A stretch of 32,998 nucleotides of DNA from NCBI RefSeq assembly GCF_001194135.2, contig NC_068985.1:98958722-98991719 (forward strand), given 5' to 3'. This document shows, one piece after another, positions 12,074-23,099 of the stretch. Numbering within the stretch: position 1 is the stretch's first letter; the number at the start of each line of letters is the position of its first letter. A program made the position numbers and the translations under genes. The DNA is from Octopus bimaculoides. Lineage: Eukaryota. Below the pieces are notes generated by a model. That model was not told where the DNA came from, did no database searches, and saw nothing but the letters and a program-made list of their open reading frames with translations.

Positions 12074-13410
12074 NNNNNNNNNNNNNNNNNNNNNNNNNNN
12101 NNNNNNNNNNNNNNNNNNNNNNNNNNNNNNNNNNNNNNNNNNNNNNNNNNNNNNNNNNNNNNNNNNNNNNNNNNNNNNNNNNNNNNNNNNNNNNNNNNNN
12201 NNNNNNNNNNNNNNNNNNNNNNNNNNNNNNNNNNNNNNNNNNNNNNNNNNNNNNNNNNNNNNNNNNNNNNNNNNNNNNNNNNNNNNNNNNNNNNNNNNNN
12301 NNNNNNNNNNNNNNNNNNNNNNNNNNNNNNNNNNNNNNNNNNNNNNNNNNNNNNNNNNNNNNNNNNNNNNNNNNNNNNNNNNNNNNNNNNNNNNNNNNNN
12401 NNNNNNNNNNNNNNNNNNNNNNNNNNNNNNNNNNNNNNNNNNNNNNNNNNNNNNNNNNNNNNNNNNNNNNNNNNNNNNNNNNNNNNNNNNNNNNNNNNNN
12501 NNNNNNNNNNNNNNNNNNNNNNNNNNNNNNNNNNNNNNNNNNNNNNNNNNNNNNNNNNNNNNNNNNNNNNNNNNNNNNNNNNNNATTATTATTATTGCTG
12601 TTGTTGTTATTGTTGTTGTTATTATAGCAGTTTCGTGTAGTTTCGCATCAGTGGGATCTTATTCGCGAAAACAAACGGAGTTCTTTTTGACCGCACTGAA
12701 TGATCTCGCTCTTTCTATAAAATCCATTTCGGAACAATTAGAAGGAATGGTTTCACCTAAGAATAGAGGAAGATAACTATAATTATTATCTAGAGGCACT
12801 GTGACGAATAAAAGGCATACATTAAAATATATTCAAATTAATCCTGCCATATACAAAATGGTGAGTTAATTACAATTATTGGTGAAACGATACTTTAGAT
12901 TACTGGAGGACTTCAGTAATGTTCATAATAAGTGCAGCTTGATCGGGTCGCTTTGCCATACCGATCACTCATTAACTCACTCTTTCCTTCACTGTATGTA
13001 TGTATGTATGTATGTATGTATGTATGTATGTGTGCGTGTGCGCGCATGCATGCTTGTGTGTGCATATGTATCTATGTATGTTTATATATATGTAGTTACA
13101 TATCAAATTTTCTACATATATACATGTATATATATGTNNNNNNNNNNNNNNNNNNNNNNNNNNNNNNNNNNNNNNNNNNNNNNNNNNNNNNNNNNNNNNN
13201 NNNNNNNNNNNNNNNNNNNNNNNNNNNNNNNNNNNNNNNNNNNNNNNNNNNNNNNNNNNNNNNNNNNNNNNNNNNNNNNNNNNNNNNNNNNNNNNNNNNN
13301 NNNNNNNNNNNNNNNNNNNNNNNNNNNNNNNNNNNNNNNNNNNNNNNNNNNNNNNNNNNNNNNNNNNNNNNNNNNNNNNNNNNNNNNNNNNNNNNNNNNN
13401 NNNNNNNNNN

Positions 13411-13828
13411 TACTCTTTTACTTGTTTCAGTCATTTGACTGTGGCCATGCTGGAGCACCGCTTTTAGTCGAGCAAATCAACCCCAGGACTTATTCTATGT
13501 AAGCCTAGTACTTATTCTATCGGTCTGTTTTGCCGAACCGCTAAGTTGCGGGGACGTAAGCACACAAGCATCGGTTGTCAAGCGATGTTGCGGGGGACAA
13601 ACACAGACACGCAAACACATACACACACACACACACACACACAAACACATATATATACATATATAAGACGGGCTTCTTTCAATTTCCATCTACTAAATCC
13701 ACTCACAAGGCTTTGGTCGGCCCGAGGCTATAGTAGAAGACACTTGACCAAGGTGCCACGCAGTGAGACTGAACCCGGGACCATGTGGTTCGTAAGCAAG
13801 CTACTTACCACACAGCCACTCCTACGCC
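13411..13828 (-). mobile_element. Full-length CORE-type SINE (family A) with internal (CA)/(TA) microsatellite
   Basis: Reverse complement of the copies at 15190 and 29534. The CORE-like block (C)CTTGGGCAAGTG resembles the MIR core. Confidence 0.92.
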
Positions 13829-13844
13829 TATGTATATATATATA

Positions 13845-13996
13845 GGTATTGTGGTAAGAAGCTTGCTTTTCAACTGCATAGTTCCGGGTTCAGTCCCACT
13901 ACGTTGCAGCTTGGGCAAGTATCTTCTATTATCGACTCGGGCCGACCAAAGACTTCTGAGTGGATTTGGTGGACGGAAACTGAAAGAAGCCCGTCT

Positions 13997-14075
<79 letters not shown>

Positions 14076-14258
14076 ATGTATTTGCATCTACAATTGTCAA
14101 TCCATCACCGCTTGACAGCCGGTGTTGGTGAGTTTACGTCCACAAAACTAGCCGTTCGGTAAAAGAGACTGATAAATAAATACCAGGATTAAGATATAAG
14201 TCTCGGAAACGATTTCTTCGACTAAAATCGTTCAAAGCGGTGCTCCATCATGACCACC
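13845..14258 (+). mobile_element. CORE-type SINE (family A) with internal (GT)n
   Basis: Head with GGTTCAGTCCC B box, CTTGGGCAAGT, (GT)n, then the 3' half ending GCGGTGCTCCATCATG. Confidence 0.9.
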
Positions 14259-14397
14259 ACGCTTTCATTGCGGTTCTTTTCCCCACCCATTAGCGAACCA
14301 ACCAGGAATATATGTTATAAACGGCGTGAACTAGGAGTTAAGGTGTTAAGCTGTGACTTCGTGGGAGGGGAAAAGTCGACGACATGAGCCTTCAGTG

Positions 14398-14512
14398 TTC
14401 AACAACTGGTACTTATTTTATCGATCCCGAAGGATGAAAAGCAAAGTCGACTTCCGCCGAATTTAAACCCTGAAGGTAAACACGGACAAAATGCCGCTGT
14501 CATGCGTGCAAC
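14398..14512 (-). mobile_element. SINE family D copy interrupted by the hAT MITE
   Basis: ACTGGTACTTATTTTATCGATCCCGAAGGATGAAAAGCAAAGTCGAC matches copies at 17920 and 18150. A few bases continue after 15131. Confidence 0.8.
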
Positions 14513-14851
14513 CACTAGCGTAATAGTAGCAGTAGTAGCAGTAGCAGCAGCAGCAGCAGCAGTAGTAATAGTATTAGTAGCAGCATCAGCAACATCATCA
14601 TCAGCAGCAGTAGCAGTAGTAGTAGTAGTAGTAGTAGTAGTAATAGCAGTCGTGGCAGCAGCAACATCAGCAGCAGTAGTAGTAGTAGTAGTAGTAGTAG
14701 TAGCAGCAGCAGCAGTAGTAATAGCAGTAGTGGCAGCAGCAACATCAGCAGCAGCAGTAGTAGTAGTAGTAGTAATAGTAGTAGTAGTAGTAGAAGCAGC
14801 AGCAGCAGTAGTAATAGCAATTGTGTCAGCAGCAACATCAGCAGCAGCAGC

Positions 14852-14901
<50 letters not shown>

Positions 14902-14941
14902 CAGCAGCAGCAGCAGTGGTAGCATCAACAGCAGTAATAAT

Positions 14942-14988
<47 letters not shown>

Positions 14989-15131
14989 CAGCAGCAGCGG
15001 CTCTTCCGTTTGCCGCCCCCACATCCCACGAAAACCACATAGTGCTTACAGCAGTCCCAAAAGTGGCACCCCTTTAAAAGTGCCGCCCAAGGTGGACCGC
15101 CTCTACGCCCCTATCTCCATCTACGCTAGTG
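14513..15131. mobile_element. hAT-like MITE (619 bp) filled with a GCA/GTA compound repeat
   Basis: TIRs CACTAGCGTA (14513-14522) and TACGCTAGTG (15122-15131). 8-bp TSD CGTGCAAC (14505-14512) and CGTGCAAT (15132-15139). GC-rich subterminal GCCGCCC motifs. Confidence 0.8.
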
Positions 15132-15189
15132 CGTGCAATGTCTTTGACCTGAGCATTAAAAGGAATAACAGTAACAAGAACACCAATAT

Positions 15190-15678
15190 AGACACTGGAG
15201 TGGGTGTGTGGTAAGTAGCTTGCTCACCAACCACATGGTTCCAGGTTCAGTCCCACTGCGTGGCACCTTAGGTAAGTGTCTTCAACTATAGCCTCGGGCT
15301 GACCAAAGCCTTGTGAGTGGATTTAGTGGACAGAAACTGAAAGAAGCCCGTCGTATATATGTATATANNNNNNNNNNNNNNNNNNNNNNNNNNNNNNNNN
15401 NNNNNNNNNNNNNNNNNNNNNNNNNNNNNNNNNNNNNNNNNNNNNNNNNNNNNNNNNNNNNNNNNNNNNNNNNNNNNNNNGTGTGTCTGTGTTTGTACCC
15501 CCAACATCGCTTGACAACCGATACTGGTGTGTTTACGTCCCCGGAACTTAGCGGTTCGACAAAACAGACGGTAGAATAAGTACTAAGCTTACAAAGAATA
15601 AGTCCTGGGGTCGATTTACTCGACTAAAGGCGGTGCTCCAGCATGGCCGCAGTCAAATGACTGAAACAAGTAAAGAGA
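15190..15678 (+). mobile_element. CORE-type SINE (family A); internal microsatellite is an assembly gap
   Basis: Head, CORE block and 3' half are all present either side of N-run 15368-15480. Confidence 0.92.
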
Positions 15679-17087
15679 ATATGACTACGACTGCAACTTT
15701 CAGCACCGCAACATAAGACCAATACAATACAAGGAGATTACTTCCAGAGATCCTCTAAGTGACAGTTTGATATACTAGAAATAGCAGTCGAATTTCCCTA
15801 ATATCATCGCACCCTGATGTTGGCAACATCGAGTAGTATAGTCGTAGGTAGCTATATCTGAATAATGGGCTGTATGGTCATGATCCGAACGCTTTTGACA
15901 ACAGGTCTGCTCGGCTATGCCTGGCTTTGGTCTGGGAGAAAGGACAAAAACACTGCCACGACCCCGTATAATACTGCCTGCCGCCTCCCCACCGCTGCTG
16001 CCCACCACCACTAGCATCACCACCACAACCATCACCACCACCAATACTGTGACTACAATCCTTACTGCTACTATTACTACTACTACTACTACTACTACCA
16101 TCACCATCACCACCACCACTACNNNNNNNNNNNNNNNNNNNNNNNNNNNNNNNNNNNNNNNNNNNNNNNNNNNNNNNNNNNNNNNNNNNNNNNNNNNNNN
16201 NNNNNNNNNNNNNNNNNNNNNNNNNNNNNNNNNNNNNNNNNNNNNNNNNNNNNNNNNNNNNNNNNNNNNNNNNNNNNNNNNNNNNNNNNNNNNNNNNNNN
16301 NNNNNNNNNNNNNNNNNNNNNNNNNNNNNNNNNNNNNNNNNNNNNNNNNNNNNNNNNNNNNNNNNNNNNNNNNNNNNNNNNNNNNNNNNNNNNNNNNNNN
16401 NNNNNNNNNNNNNNNNNNNNNNNNNNNNNNNNNNNNNNNNNNNNNNNNNNNNNNNNNNNNNNNNNNNNNNNNNNNNNNNNNNNNNNNNNNNNNNNNNNNN
16501 NNNNNNNNNNNNNNNNNNNNNNNNNNNNNNNNNNNNNNNNNNNNNNNNNNNNNNNNNNNNNNNNNNNNNNNNNNNNNNNNNNNNNNNNNNNNNNNNNNNN
16601 NNNNNNNNNNNNNNNNNNNNNNNNNNNNNNNNNNNNNNNNNNNNNNNNNNNNNNNNNNNNNNNNNNNNNNNNNNNNNNNNNNNNNNNNNNNNNNNNNNNN
16701 NNNNNNNNNNNNNNNNNNNNNNNNNNNNNNNNNNNNNNNNNNNNNNNNNNNNNNNNNNNNNNNNNNNNNNNNNNNNNNNNNNNNNNNNNNNNNNNNNNNN
16801 NNNNNNNNNNNNNNNNNNNNNNNNNNNNNNNNNNNNNNNNNNNNNNNNNNNNNNNNNNNNNNNNNNNNNNNNNNNNNNNNNNNNNNNNNNNNNNNNNNNN
16901 NNGTATGTGTGAGTCTGTGTGTGTGTGTATTTATAGAAGAATATATGTGTGTATAGATGTGTATATGCATACGTACACAAACACACATGCACACACGCGC
17001 GCGCACAGACACACAACAAACACGCACATATGTACAGTGTCTAGTGAGCTCTGACTATTGATTGTGCTTTGTCTGTCTACCTATCTG

Positions 17088-17260
17088 TTTGTCTGTCTGT
17101 CTGTCTGTATATCTATCTGTCCGTCTGTCGATATGCTTGTCTGTCTGTCTGTCTGTCTGACTGTTGTGTTTATCTATATATCTATCTATCTATCAACCTA
17201 CCTACCTACCAACCTATCTATCTATCTATCTATCTGTCTATCTATCTATCTATCTATCTA
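17088..17260. repeat. (GTCT)/(ATCT)/(CCTA) compound microsatellite
   Basis: Direct reading. Confidence 0.92.
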
Positions 17261-17461
17261 TTAACGGCTCACTAATAAGCAGAATGTAATTCTCAGACGT
17301 AGACACAAAACCCCTGTGGAGGCCAGATTCTCCTTCTTCCTGGGGTATATCCAAACAAAATTGCACCTACAAAAGCGTACTCGCGTCGTATGTTCAAAAA
17401 GTTAAGCCAGCAAAATTTGATCTTTATACTGATTTGACAGCTGGTTTTAATTTAGGTTTTG

Positions 17462-17660
17462 GATTTAGATACAGGAAGAGGGGAAATATTTGATTAAATC
17501 GACCCTAGTACTTGACTGATACTATATTTTATCGATCACGAAATCATGAAAAGGAAAATGGACCGCAGCGGAATTTGAACTCCGAAAGTAAAAAGCCGTA
17601 ACATATACCGCAATGCATTTTGTTCGACGCTGTAACGATTCTCAAATATCAACGAAGGCG
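17462..17660 (-). mobile_element. Diverged SINE family D copy
   Basis: ATCGACCCTAGTACTTGACTGATAC...GCGGAATTTGAACTC aligns by eye with 17890-18000. Confidence 0.75.
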
Positions 17661-17847
17661 ACAGAAATCTTCTAATGACTGGAAGAAGTAAAGTGTGATA
17701 TGCTATAAGATTCATGACTCTCTCCGCCCGCCTCTATTTTACAGGTTGTAATTTCTGCAACGCAAGAGCGATATGATTTGATTTTTGTAGGTTTTGAACT
17801 TAAAAGCATAGAAAAACAAACAAACAAAAAAAACCTAACCAAATATT

Positions 17848-18297
17848 CTTTTCTACTCTAGGAACAAGATCCGAAATTTTTGGGGAGGAGGCTGTCGATT
17901 TGATCGACCCCAGTACGCAACTGGTACTTAATTTATCGACCCGGAAAGGATGAAAAGCAAAGTCGACCTTGGCGGAATTTAAACTCAGAGCGTAACGGCA
18001 GACGAAATACCGCTAAGCATTTCGTCCGGCGTGCTAACGTTTCTGCCAGATCGTCGCCTTTTTAAAAAGAACAATAAATTCTTTTCTATTCTAGGCACAA
18101 GGCCCAACATTTTGGGGAGGGGACTAGTCGATTATATCGACTCTAGTACGCAACTGGTACTTATTTAATTGACCCCCAAATGAATGAAAAGCAAAGTCGA
18201 CCTTGGCGGAATTTGAACTCAGAACGTAAAGACAAACGAAATACCGCTAAGCATTTTCGTCCGGCGTCCAAACGTTTCTGTCAGCTCGCCGTCTTGA
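17848..18297 (-). mobile_element. Head-to-tail dimer of SINE family D flanked by a 14-bp TSD
   Basis: Two ~215-bp copies (17848-18060, 18078-18297). Perfect direct repeat CCTAACCAAATATT at 17834-17847 and 18298-18311. Confidence 0.9.
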
Positions 18298-18354
18298 CCT
18301 AACCAAATATTGCAATATATCTGGTGCGGAATATTACTTATTCAATGAGTAATA

Positions 18355-18570
18355 TGCTGGCAGAATTTTCAGCACTCCGGACAAAATGCTAAGCAGCATT
18401 TCGTCCGCCTTTACGTTCTGAGTTCAAATTCTGCCGAGATCGTCTTTGTCTTTCATCCTTTACAGGGATATATATGCAACAAGTACTAGTTGGGCACTGG
18501 AGTCGATGTAATCGACTTAACCCCACCCTGAAACTGCTGGCCTTGTGCCAAAAATTGAAACCAACATTAC
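18355..18570 (+). mobile_element. SINE family D copy
   Basis: GCTGGCAGAA head, GAGTTCAAAT B box, CTTTCATCCTTT central block, CCTTGTGCCAAAA tail. Confidence 0.85.
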
Positions 18571-18751
18571 TCGATCTACAATTCATCGAATAATGTTCAT
18601 TAGTGACTTTGGCTCGAGGCTACAAAGTTTCACTCTTTCCTTCGCATTGTGTTTGTCATAATTACGTGGTCTCTCATTTTCCCCACTCTTCTCCCAGTCC
18701 CACTCTCACACTCACTCACACTCCATCTTCTCTTTATTGCATTTATTAAGA

Positions 18752-18752
<1 letters not shown>

Positions 18753-18825
<73 letters not shown>

Positions 18826-18826
18826 A
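18753..18826. repeat. (CTA)n trinucleotide repeat
   Basis: Direct reading. Confidence 0.97.
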
Positions 18827-18859
18827 ACATTACGATTTTCAAGTAAATGTTAGTCCAGT

Positions 18860-19080
18860 GAACGAGCAGCGAGATTCTATGTGATCATGCAGCATGTGAG
18901 AAATAACAGCCAAATCTCCCTCCACATAATAACTCTTACTTCTCAAAAAAAAAAAAAAAAGGAAAAGCAACATTGAAACACTATAGTCCACGATGTACAA
19001 TGTCTGAAAATAGGATGATATGGTTGTGATGGAATCATATTGGTCGTGGCTCATCTCATTAACAGCTCGTCTTGAGCTAA
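18860..19080 (-). repeat. Unclassified dispersed repeat
   Basis: Reverse complement GAGATTTGGCTGTTATTTCTCACATG resembles GTGATTTGGCTTCTATTTCTAGCACATC at ~31385-31412 and, weakly, ~4170. Confidence 0.45.
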
Positions 19081-20018
19081 ACAATAATAATAATAATAAT
19101 AATANNNNNNNNNNNNNNNNNNNNNNNNNNNNNNNNNNNNNNNNNNNNNNNNNNNNNNNNNNNNNNNNNNNNNNNNNNNNNNNNNNNNNNNNNNNNNNNN
19201 NNNNNNNNNNNNNNNNNNNNNNNNNNNNNNNNNNNNNNNNNNNNNNNNNNNNNNNNNNNNNNNNNNNNNNNNNNNNNNNNNNNNNNNNNNNNNNNNNNNN
19301 NNNNNNNNNNNNNNNNNNNNNNNNNNNNNNNNNNNNNNNNNNNNNNNNNNNNNNNNNNNNNNNNNNNNNNNNNNNNNNNNNNNNNNNNNNNNNNNNNNNN
19401 NNNNNNNNNNNNNNNNNNNNNNNNNNNNNNNNNNNNNNNNNNNNNNNNNNNNNNNNNNNNNNNNNNNNNNNNNNNNNNNNNNNNNNNNNNNNNNNNNNNN
19501 NNNNNNNNNNNNNNNNNNNNNNNNNNNNNNNNNNNNNNNNNNNNNNNNNNNNNNNNNNNNNNNNNNNNNNNNNNNNNNNNNNNNNNNNNNNNNNNNNNNN
19601 NNNNNNNNNNNNNNNNNNNNNNNNNNNNNNNNNNNNNNNNNNNNATATATATATATATATATATATATACCGTCATATGCATGCTCTTACCCCATCATCC
19701 ACACACACACACACACACATACACACACAAACTTTTAGATATATTTTATTTACATTATCTCAGATTAGACACTCTAAAGGATTAAGATAATATGTGTAGA
19801 AGGATCTCAAGTATTCCTTCCTCTAATTGACTTAATTCATTCAATGATATTTGTTCTAAGAGGCATTGTTATCATACAACGTCTCTTAAAAGTTTGGCCT
19901 CATTAAAACTGAAAAGTTTTCCTGCCAGGATAGTTTAAACTATAACGGATACATGTTACATTGACGTCTTTTCAGAAAATTCTTTAAGTCTGGAATTTGT
20001 TGCATGACAACGGCTGGA

Positions 20019-20135
20019 GCACTCCATCGGTTTCGACGACGAGTGGTCCAGTTGATTCGATCAACAAAACAGCCAACTCGAAAAATTAAAGCACTCGATA
20101 GACACGTGTTCCATTTAACGTAGTTCTCGGAGAGA
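20019..20135 (-). mobile_element. 3' fragment of SINE family C
   Basis: GCACTCCATCGGTTTCGACGAC...TTTAACGTAGTTCTCGG is the reverse complement of 10030-10160. Confidence 0.8.
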
Positions 20136-20147
20136 TTCAATGGGTTC

Positions 20148-20445
20148 ACTGTAATCGACTTGATCCCTTTGTCTGTCCTTGTTTGTCCCCTCCTGTGGTC
20201 AATAAAGAAATAAATATTACATTCTTGTATAAAGCAGTGAGCTGGAAGAATCGTTAGCACACCAGGCGAAATACTTAGCGGTATTTCGTCCGTTTTACGT
20301 TCTGAGTTCACATCCCGCCGAGGTCAACTTTGCTTTTCATCCTTTCGGAGTCGATAAGATATGAACCATTTGAACGCTGGGGTCCATGTAATACACTTAC
20401 CACCTCCCCGAAATTTCTAGGCTTGTGTCAAAATTTAAAACCAGT
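20148..20445 (+). mobile_element. SINE family D: 3' fragment followed by a near-complete copy
   Basis: GTAATCGACTTGATCCCTTTGTCTGTCC block, then a copy starting GAGCTGGAAGAATCGTTAGCAC at ~20238. Confidence 0.85.
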
Positions 20446-20923
20446 ATTATATTCTTGTACATATCAGTTTCGCATTTATACTAAACTAGATGTATTTGGA
20501 AATGGCTCTGTATTCTCACCAGTACTGAAGAAATTCTACGTGGTCGTTTACTTCTGGGTTGCATCGTCTTTTCGGATCCTGTTGACATGTATTACTGCGG
20601 CAGTATATTGACTTCTTTCTGCATTCAGTTTGATTATATTTCAAAACACACTTCTCATAAAATGGAACTCATTTGCTCATCAGTCATCATTAATTTCCAT
20701 TATTTTCTGTAACGGAAACGAGGCTAGAAGCCGGATCGTTGGCGTTGAGAATTAGAGCAGATGTTTCAACTTGTCCATCCCAATCGATGACATTGAACAA
20801 ATTATATTACTAAAGACACTATGTTTTGTGGATATTTGTCAAAAGGAAATAGACCAACATCAGTTGTCAAGCGGCGGATGAGTGGGACAAAAAGAGATAT
20901 AAAGACATATCTATCTATGTATG

Positions 20924-20959
<36 letters not shown>

Positions 20960-21595
20960 AGTCTTAATCTATCTAGGTGGGTGAGTGTAACAAAGATGGT
21001 GCGTGCGAGTGACGATACCTCTTTGAGCATGATCCTANNNNNNNNNNNNNNNNNNNNNNNNNNNNNNNNNNNNNNNNNNNNNNNNNNNNNNNNNNNNNNN
21101 NNNNNNNNNNNNNNNNNNNNNNNNNNNNNNNNNNNNNNNNNNNNNNNNNNNNNNNNNNNNNNNNNNNNNNNNNNNNNNNNNNNNNNNNNNNNNNNNNNNN
21201 NNNNNNNNNNNNNNNNNNNNNNNNNNNNNNNNNNNNNNNNNNNNNNNNNNNNNNNNNNNNNNNNNNNNNNNNNNNNNNNNNNNNNNNNNNNNNNNNNNNN
21301 NNNNNNNNNNNNNNNNNNNNNNNNNNNNNNNNNNNNNNNNNNNNNNNNNNNNNNNNNNNNNNNNNNNNNNNNNNNNNNNNNNNNNNNNNNNNNNNNNNNN
21401 NNNNNNNNNNNNNNNNNNNNNNNNNNNNNNNNNNNNNNNNNNNNNNNNNNNNNNNNNNNNNNNNNNNNNNNNNNNNNNNNNNNNNNNNNNNNNNNNNNNN
21501 NNNNNNNNNNNNNNNNNNNNNNNNNNNNNNNNNNNNNNNNNNNNATTGTATTTGTCCCATCTTCGTTGAGCCCTGTGTGGCTAATAAAAGAAATG

Positions 21596-21630
<35 letters not shown>

Positions 21631-21898
21631 ATATGATTAAAGGATAATCTGGATAAACTGGGATTTTCAGAAAGAGAAATCGACGGGCCAATTCGTACAT
21701 TACCAGTGCAGTCTGTGAGTGGAACAGTAAAAATATGCAAGACTTCTCTCAAGTTCCAAATGTGAATTTATTTTTGTTAATTACATCCCAAAGATGGAGC
21801 CTTGTCTTTTTGCTGGAAACCAGCTCCCTCCTCAGTCGAAGATTATAATAATTAAAAATGAAAGACATAAATATATACACACATACATGCATACATAC

Positions 21899-22098
21899 TG
21901 TTGTGTGGACACCCCCAGGCGATAGGTAGGCTAGTCCAATACGTATAGATAGCTAGACGAAAGGAGTCGAGGAGAGGAGAAGAGCGGGAGAGCGAGAGAG
22001 CGAGACGGAGCCGTTGGTAGACTAGACGTCGTGTTCGGTAGAGTCGTGTCGTCGGAAGTGAGAGTTGAGTAGAGGTCATCCGCACGTGCGATATAGCA
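21899..22098 (+). mobile_element. Solo LTR (200 bp), diverged relative of the 7740 and 25231 LTRs
   Basis: TGTTGTGTGGACACCCCCAGGCG...GTTGAGTAGAGGTCATCCG...GATATAGCA. Perfect 5-bp TSD CATAC at 21894-21898 and 22099-22103. Confidence 0.82.
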
Positions 22099-22304
22099 CA
22101 TACACACAGACAAACACACACATACATGCACATAGAGCAAATCAAAAATAGAAGCAGAAACAACAGAAATAAAGAGAACGTACACAGTGAATGTATGAGG
22201 TTGAGGCTCACTTTAAGATGGAAAAAAAGGGGAGATGTGTCGTTTCAAGCATGGCTCTCCGTCAGAAAGAGTAAGAAAGGGAGAAAAAGGAATGTTCCGG
22301 GGGA

Positions 22305-22522
22305 TATACACAACGGTCTTTCACAGTTTCTGTCTACCAATCGACTCAAAAGGCTTTGATCGTCCTGAGAACGTAGTGGAAGACACTTGCCACTCAGTGG
22401 GACTGAAATCGAGAACATGTGGCAAATCGACCCCAGGATTTATTCTTCGGAAGCCTAGTACTTATTCTATCGGTCTCTTTTGCCGAACCGCTACATTACG
22501 GAGACGTAAACACAACACCATC
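22305..22522 (-). mobile_element. SINE family A fragments (5' half and 3' half in swapped order)
   Basis: 22305-22420 is the reverse complement of the head/CORE half; 22423-22522 is the reverse complement of the 3' half. Confidence 0.75.
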
Positions 22523-23099
22523 NNNNNNNNNNNNNNNNNNNNNNNNNNNNNNNNNNNNNNNNNNNNNNNNNNNNNNNNNNNNNNNNNNNNNNNNNNNNNN
22601 NNNNNNNNNNNNNNNNNNNNNNNNNNNNNNNNNNNNNNNNNNNNNNNNNNNNNNNNNNNNNNNNNNNNNNNNNNNNNNNNNNNNNNNNNNNNNNNNNNNN
22701 NNNNNNNNNNNNNNNNNNNNNNNNNNNNNNNNNNNNNNNNNNNNNNNNNNNNNNNNNNNNNNNNNNNNNNNNNNNNNNNNNNNNNNNNNNNNNNNNNNNN
22801 NCCTAGCAAAAAAATAAAAAATAAAAAAAATAACCGTCCCGAAATACAATATCTGTTTCACCACACTATTTCACATCAGGAGCCTTGCAACAGAAATTGT
22901 TAAACGTAATGTTTTTATTTTATTACGAGTTTGCATCATTCGTATATTCCACACGCGTACACACGCACACACACACACAGACATACACAATAGATTTTTA
23001 CTTCTTAGCTCAAGCTCAAATTTAAGTAACAGAACGTCACCGTCATGCAATGCTAACTCACTCACTGCCCAGTCAGTTCAGCAGTGATCACACCGCACT

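Noticed and set aside
20520-20670. Cys-rich minus-strand frame (EKCVLKYNQTEC...) ending at a GTGAGA donor-like site
   Set aside because: All three frames after the nearest good acceptor hit stops, and a ~50-codon open frame is expected by chance.
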